DNA of 64,000 bases, from assembly GCA_964530795.1 (NCBI GenBank), contig CAZHBX010000002.1, forward strand, positions 28,719 through 92,718, in the 5' to 3' direction. The position numbers were made by a program, and so were the translations under genes. The notes below the pieces were generated by a model, which was not told the origin of the DNA, did no database searches, and saw only the letters and a list, made by a program, of their open reading frames with translations. Below are positions 61,491 to 64,000 of the stretch, piece by piece. Source of the stretch: an uncultured Ruminococcus sp. (GTDB lineage: Bacteria; Bacillota; Clostridia; Oscillospirales; CAG-382). Positions within the stretch are counted from its first letter, which is position 1, and every line of letters begins with the position of its first letter.

Positions 61491-61581
61491 GCGTCCCGCC
61501 GCAAGGGACGTTCCGAGACAGGGTAAACGCTGCGTTTTACGGGTTTGCCCTGTTTTTCTCCCTCCGGAAAGGGGACTTTGC

Positions 61582-63615
61582 ATGAAAAAGCGATCGATTT
61601 GCCTGCTGTTGCTGCTCGCGCTGCTGGTTTGCGGCTGCGTATCGGGGGGAGAAACGCCCTCCGACGCTCCGGCCAGTTCATCGACGCCCGATGACACGTC
61701 TTTCACCGTTTCCGCCGAGCCGTCCGTCCCCTCGGACGATGCTTCGTCGGTGCAACCCGATCCGATTCCCCTGCCGGAGCAGACCGACTTCTTCACCGCC
61801 AACGGGCAGGGGATCCTTCCCGCGTCGGCGGATCTGCCCGCGTTCCGCGTGCCGACGGACATCCCGTACCTGTACAGCTTACCGTTCGAACTGCCGGAGG
61901 CGGTCGGGACGTTCGGCGACTTCTGCCGGATGGGGGAGACGTATCAGCTGCACTACACCGTTTGGGAGGACGGTGAGGAAATTTCCCGCTTGCGGCTGTA
62001 TGACGTGTCCACTGGAGCGCTGCTAGCGGAAAAGACTCTGCCCGACGGTTGCTTCAGCGGACCGCTGCCCGACGGAGGCTTCTGGTACGCGGAGCCGGAG
62101 GGAATCTCGCTGACCGTTTGCGACCGGGACGGGAAGGGGACCGTCCTGCGGCAGGCGAGCGAGAACTACACTGGAAAAAATGCGCCTCGCCTGCTGGCGC
62201 TTTCCCCGGATGGGAACACGCTGCTCGCGGGGTTCGGCGCGGAGAACCTTTTTCTGCTGTTCGACTTGCGCACCGGGGCGCGTACCCGTGTCTCCGCCGG
62301 GGTCCGCGCGCAGTCGTGGAAACTGCTTTCAAGCGGGGAGGACAGCTTCCTGCTCGCGGGGTCGCGCGGGGCGCTTGTTCAGCTATCCATCGGCGAGGCA
62401 TCCGCGAACCTGCTTTTGGAGGGAGACCCGATGTGTGAGGCGTCCGGCGGACTGCTGCGGCTGGACGGTGTCCGGCGAGGACTGCTCCTGCGCGGACAGA
62501 CGGCGGACGCGGACGGCAATTGGCTGTTCGCGGCGGACTTCCTTTGGGACGACGAGAGTGTCGCCGCGTTCGGGTTTGGCTGCTGCGCGACGGTTTCGTG
62601 GGACAATTACGTTCGGTTTTACGACCTGCGAGCGGAAACCTGCGTCGCCGAATTCGCGTTTGACAGCGGCGGGACGCCGGAGGTCACACTGACGGAGGAC
62701 GGAATCGCCCTGCTCTGTGACGGCGTGCGCTGCTGCCTGTATGATCTGCCCGCCGCCCACGCGGCGAGTACAGACGGCGAGCCGCTGCAAGCCGTCTACA
62801 CAACTTCGAAAACCGCCGGCGAGTTCCTAGCCCGGGCCGCCGAAGCGATTGGCGAAACCTACGGCGTGACCCTGCACGTCGGCTCGGAGGGCAACGATTT
62901 CGACATTCCCGGTTACATCGGGCAGGCCGAGTTCGACCCGCTGGGCATCTACCACGCCCTGCGGGTGATCGATGAAATTCTGTCCCGCTACCCGGATGGG
63001 ATGCTGCGGGAGGCGTACGAAGGGTTATTCGACGGCGGGCTGCACCTTTACCTGTGTTCGGGGCTGTACGGCTACCTGTCGGACGGGCTGAGCACGGCGA
63101 GCGGCGTGACGACGGCGAACGGAGAGGATATCCTCATGGCGCTCGACATCTACAACGGTCTGGAAACCACCATCCCGCACGAGCTTTCCCACGTCTTTGA
63201 CTACCGCATCGAGGTGGTTTCGGCGGAATCCGACACCGACTGGTTGCTGCTCTGGGAAAACCTTCACCCCTTTCGGAACGCTTACATCTATTCTTACAGC
63301 GATTACGAGCGGAACATGGCCTACACCTACGCCGGTGAATCTTCGCAGTCTCGCGTGTGGTTCGTGGACGACTATTCCCGCACGTTCCCGACTGAGGACC
63401 GTGCCCGGATCATGGAAAACCTGTTCAATCCGCTTGACGGCAAGCTGCCGGTCGCGATGCAATCGCCGCACCTACTTGAAAAGGCCCGGTTTTACAGCTA
63501 TATTCTGCGGCAGTGCTTCTCGTCCTGCGGAGAAAGCGCGCAGCCGCTGTACTGGGAGACTTACCTCGGCCCGATCGACGAGAGCGTGGCCGCGCCCTAT
63601 CTGTCCGCCGCTTGA
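61582..63615 (+). CDS. large lipoprotein of unknown function with a C-terminal HExxH (putative zinc metallopeptidase-like) domain
   Basis: 677 aa. The lipobox is LLALLVCGCVSG, followed by a Pro/Ser/Asp-rich linker and a repeat-rich middle region. The C-terminal domain contains TTIPHELSHVFDY. Confidence 0.6.
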   Translation: MKKRSICLLLLLALLVCGCVSGGETPSDAPASSSTPDDTSFTVSAEPSVPSDDASSVQPDPIPLPEQTDFFTANGQGILPASADLPAFRVPTDIPYLYSLPFELPEAVGTFGDFCRMGETYQLHYTVWEDGEEISRLRLYDVSTGALLAEKTLPDGCFSGPLPDGGFWYAEPEGISLTVCDRDGKGTVLRQASENYTGKNAPRLLALSPDGNTLLAGFGAENLFLLFDLRTGARTRVSAGVRAQSWKLLSSGEDSFLLAGSRGALVQLSIGEASANLLLEGDPMCEASGGLLRLDGVRRGLLLRGQTADADGNWLFAADFLWDDESVAAFGFGCCATVSWDNYVRFYDLRAETCVAEFAFDSGGTPEVTLTEDGIALLCDGVRCCLYDLPAAHAASTDGEPLQAVYTTSKTAGEFLARAAEAIGETYGVTLHVGSEGNDFDIPGYIGQAEFDPLGIYHALRVIDEILSRYPDGMLREAYEGLFDGGLHLYLCSGLYGYLSDGLSTASGVTTANGEDILMALDIYNGLETTIPHELSHVFDYRIEVVSAESDTDWLLLWENLHPFRNAYIYSYSDYERNMAYTYAGESSQSRVWFVDDYSRTFPTEDRARIMENLFNPLDGKLPVAMQSPHLLEKARFYSYILRQCFSSCGESAQPLYWETYLGPIDESVAAPYLSAA

Positions 63616-63616
63616 C

Positions 63617-63661
63617 GAAAAAATGAATTCCCCGCTGCGGATTTTTCTGCGGCGGGGAATT
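63617..63661 (-). terminator. intrinsic terminator (usable from both sides)
   Basis: On the minus strand: AATTCCCCGC-loop-GCGGGGAATTC followed by ATTTTTTCG. Confidence 0.65.
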
Positions 63662-63673
63662 ATCTGTTCGAGC

Positions 63674-63868
63674 TCAGGAAAGCGGGCGAGGCGGCAGGGA
63701 GAAGCGGGTGCTGCCGTCCGATAGGGACAGTTTGCCGCCCGCGAGGGTCTTAAAACCCTGCGTGATGTTGCGGCGGCCGATGTTTTTGGTCTGGATCGTG
63801 TTCCCGCGCACCGGCCCGGGCATCTCCGGGTCCATCCCGGTGATGTAATTTGTGGCGACTAAAAGCAT
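63674..63868 (-). CDS. short YbjQ/UPF0145-like protein (N-terminal half only)
   Basis: 64 aa from ATG 63868, with RBS AAAGGAGAAA. MLLVATNYITGMDPEMPGPVRGNTIQTKNIGRRNITQGFKTLAGGK resembles the first half of roughly 105-aa YbjQ-family proteins. The C-terminal half is missing or diverged. Confidence 0.4.
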   Translation of the reverse strand: MLLVATNYITGMDPEMPGPVRGNTIQTKNIGRRNITQGFKTLAGGKLSLSDGSTRFSLPPRPLS

Positions 63869-64000
63869 TTCCGTTTCTCCTTTCCAATCCGCTCGACGTG
63901 TGTCGCGGGCTTTTCCCGTCGGGCGGGAGAAGCTTGGTTTTCCGTTTCCCGTTTTGAATACCGGTTTCCTTCTCCGCTGCGCCATCCGCAGCAAGGCAAG

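Noticed and set aside
1-64000. Scan for CRISPR arrays, tRNA/rRNA/tmRNA/SRP genes, IS elements with terminal inverted repeats, integrases, reverse transcriptases, restriction-modification systems or known defence-system genes.
   Set aside because: None were recognised by eye on either strand. The only repeats found are short tandem duplications (19627-19672, 37402-37445) and operator-like palindromes. A computational repeat and covariance-model search would be needed to exclude small RNA genes.

Overview
GC-rich chromosomal segment with AT-rich intergenic regions. It looks like a spore-forming Clostridia genome, because cotJABC, spo0A, yqfC/yqfD, ylbJ and a LysM-GH18 cortex-lytic-type enzyme are all present. 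The taxon cannot be confirmed without a database search. About 65 protein genes are supportable. By eye I found no rRNA, tRNA, CRISPR array, intact IS element or prophage. Content left to right: pepD (3' end), rsmI, a kinase-like phosphotransferase and an esterase. Next is a sortase-dependent pilus locus with 2 substrates and 2 sortases, then a P-loop kinase plus a small Cys-motif protein. Then cotJCBA, a CarD-family regulator, a YhiN-type flavoprotein and an SPFH protein. A small islet of decayed genes follows, then a feoA-feoA-feoB operon with Cys-rich and HMA accessory genes. After that come a cell-wall amidase, a modular GH25 lysin with a dockerin, tsf-rpsB, an orphan solute-binding lipoprotein, nrdR and spo0A. 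A 10-gene FASII/ACC operon follows, headed by a MarR (FabT-like) regulator and ending in an acyl-CoA synthetase. Then patB plus a DUF3737 gene, lipoproteins, plsC, ylbJ, yqfC/yqfD, a DivIVA-domain gene coupled to an orphan hydro-lyase beta subunit, an alanine/glycine symporter and a P-type ATPase. The right end holds an ECF S-component, a GHL10 protein, the LysM-GH18 enzyme, argS, yebC-nadD-yqeK-rsfS-leuS, a large HExxH lipoprotein and a short YbjQ-like gene. I found no obvious multi-gene novel defence or mobile system. The strongest unusual observation is that Spo0A has a canonical DNA-binding domain but lacks the phospho-acceptor Asp, the acidic pair and the conserved Lys of its receiver domain. 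Other points worth a second look:
- A PPQTG sorting signal paired with a second sortase.
- An operator-like perfect palindrome on the pilin promoter, next to an orphan terminator.
- Recurrent GGTTAG/CTAACC palindromes in the feo operon.
- A FASII operon without fabH/accB/accC but with a coupled ACSM-type ligase.
- A FabT-box-like palindrome and a triple tandem repeat in that operon.
- A CoaX N-terminal remnant expressed as the first cistron before an ECF S-component.
- Several gene relics.
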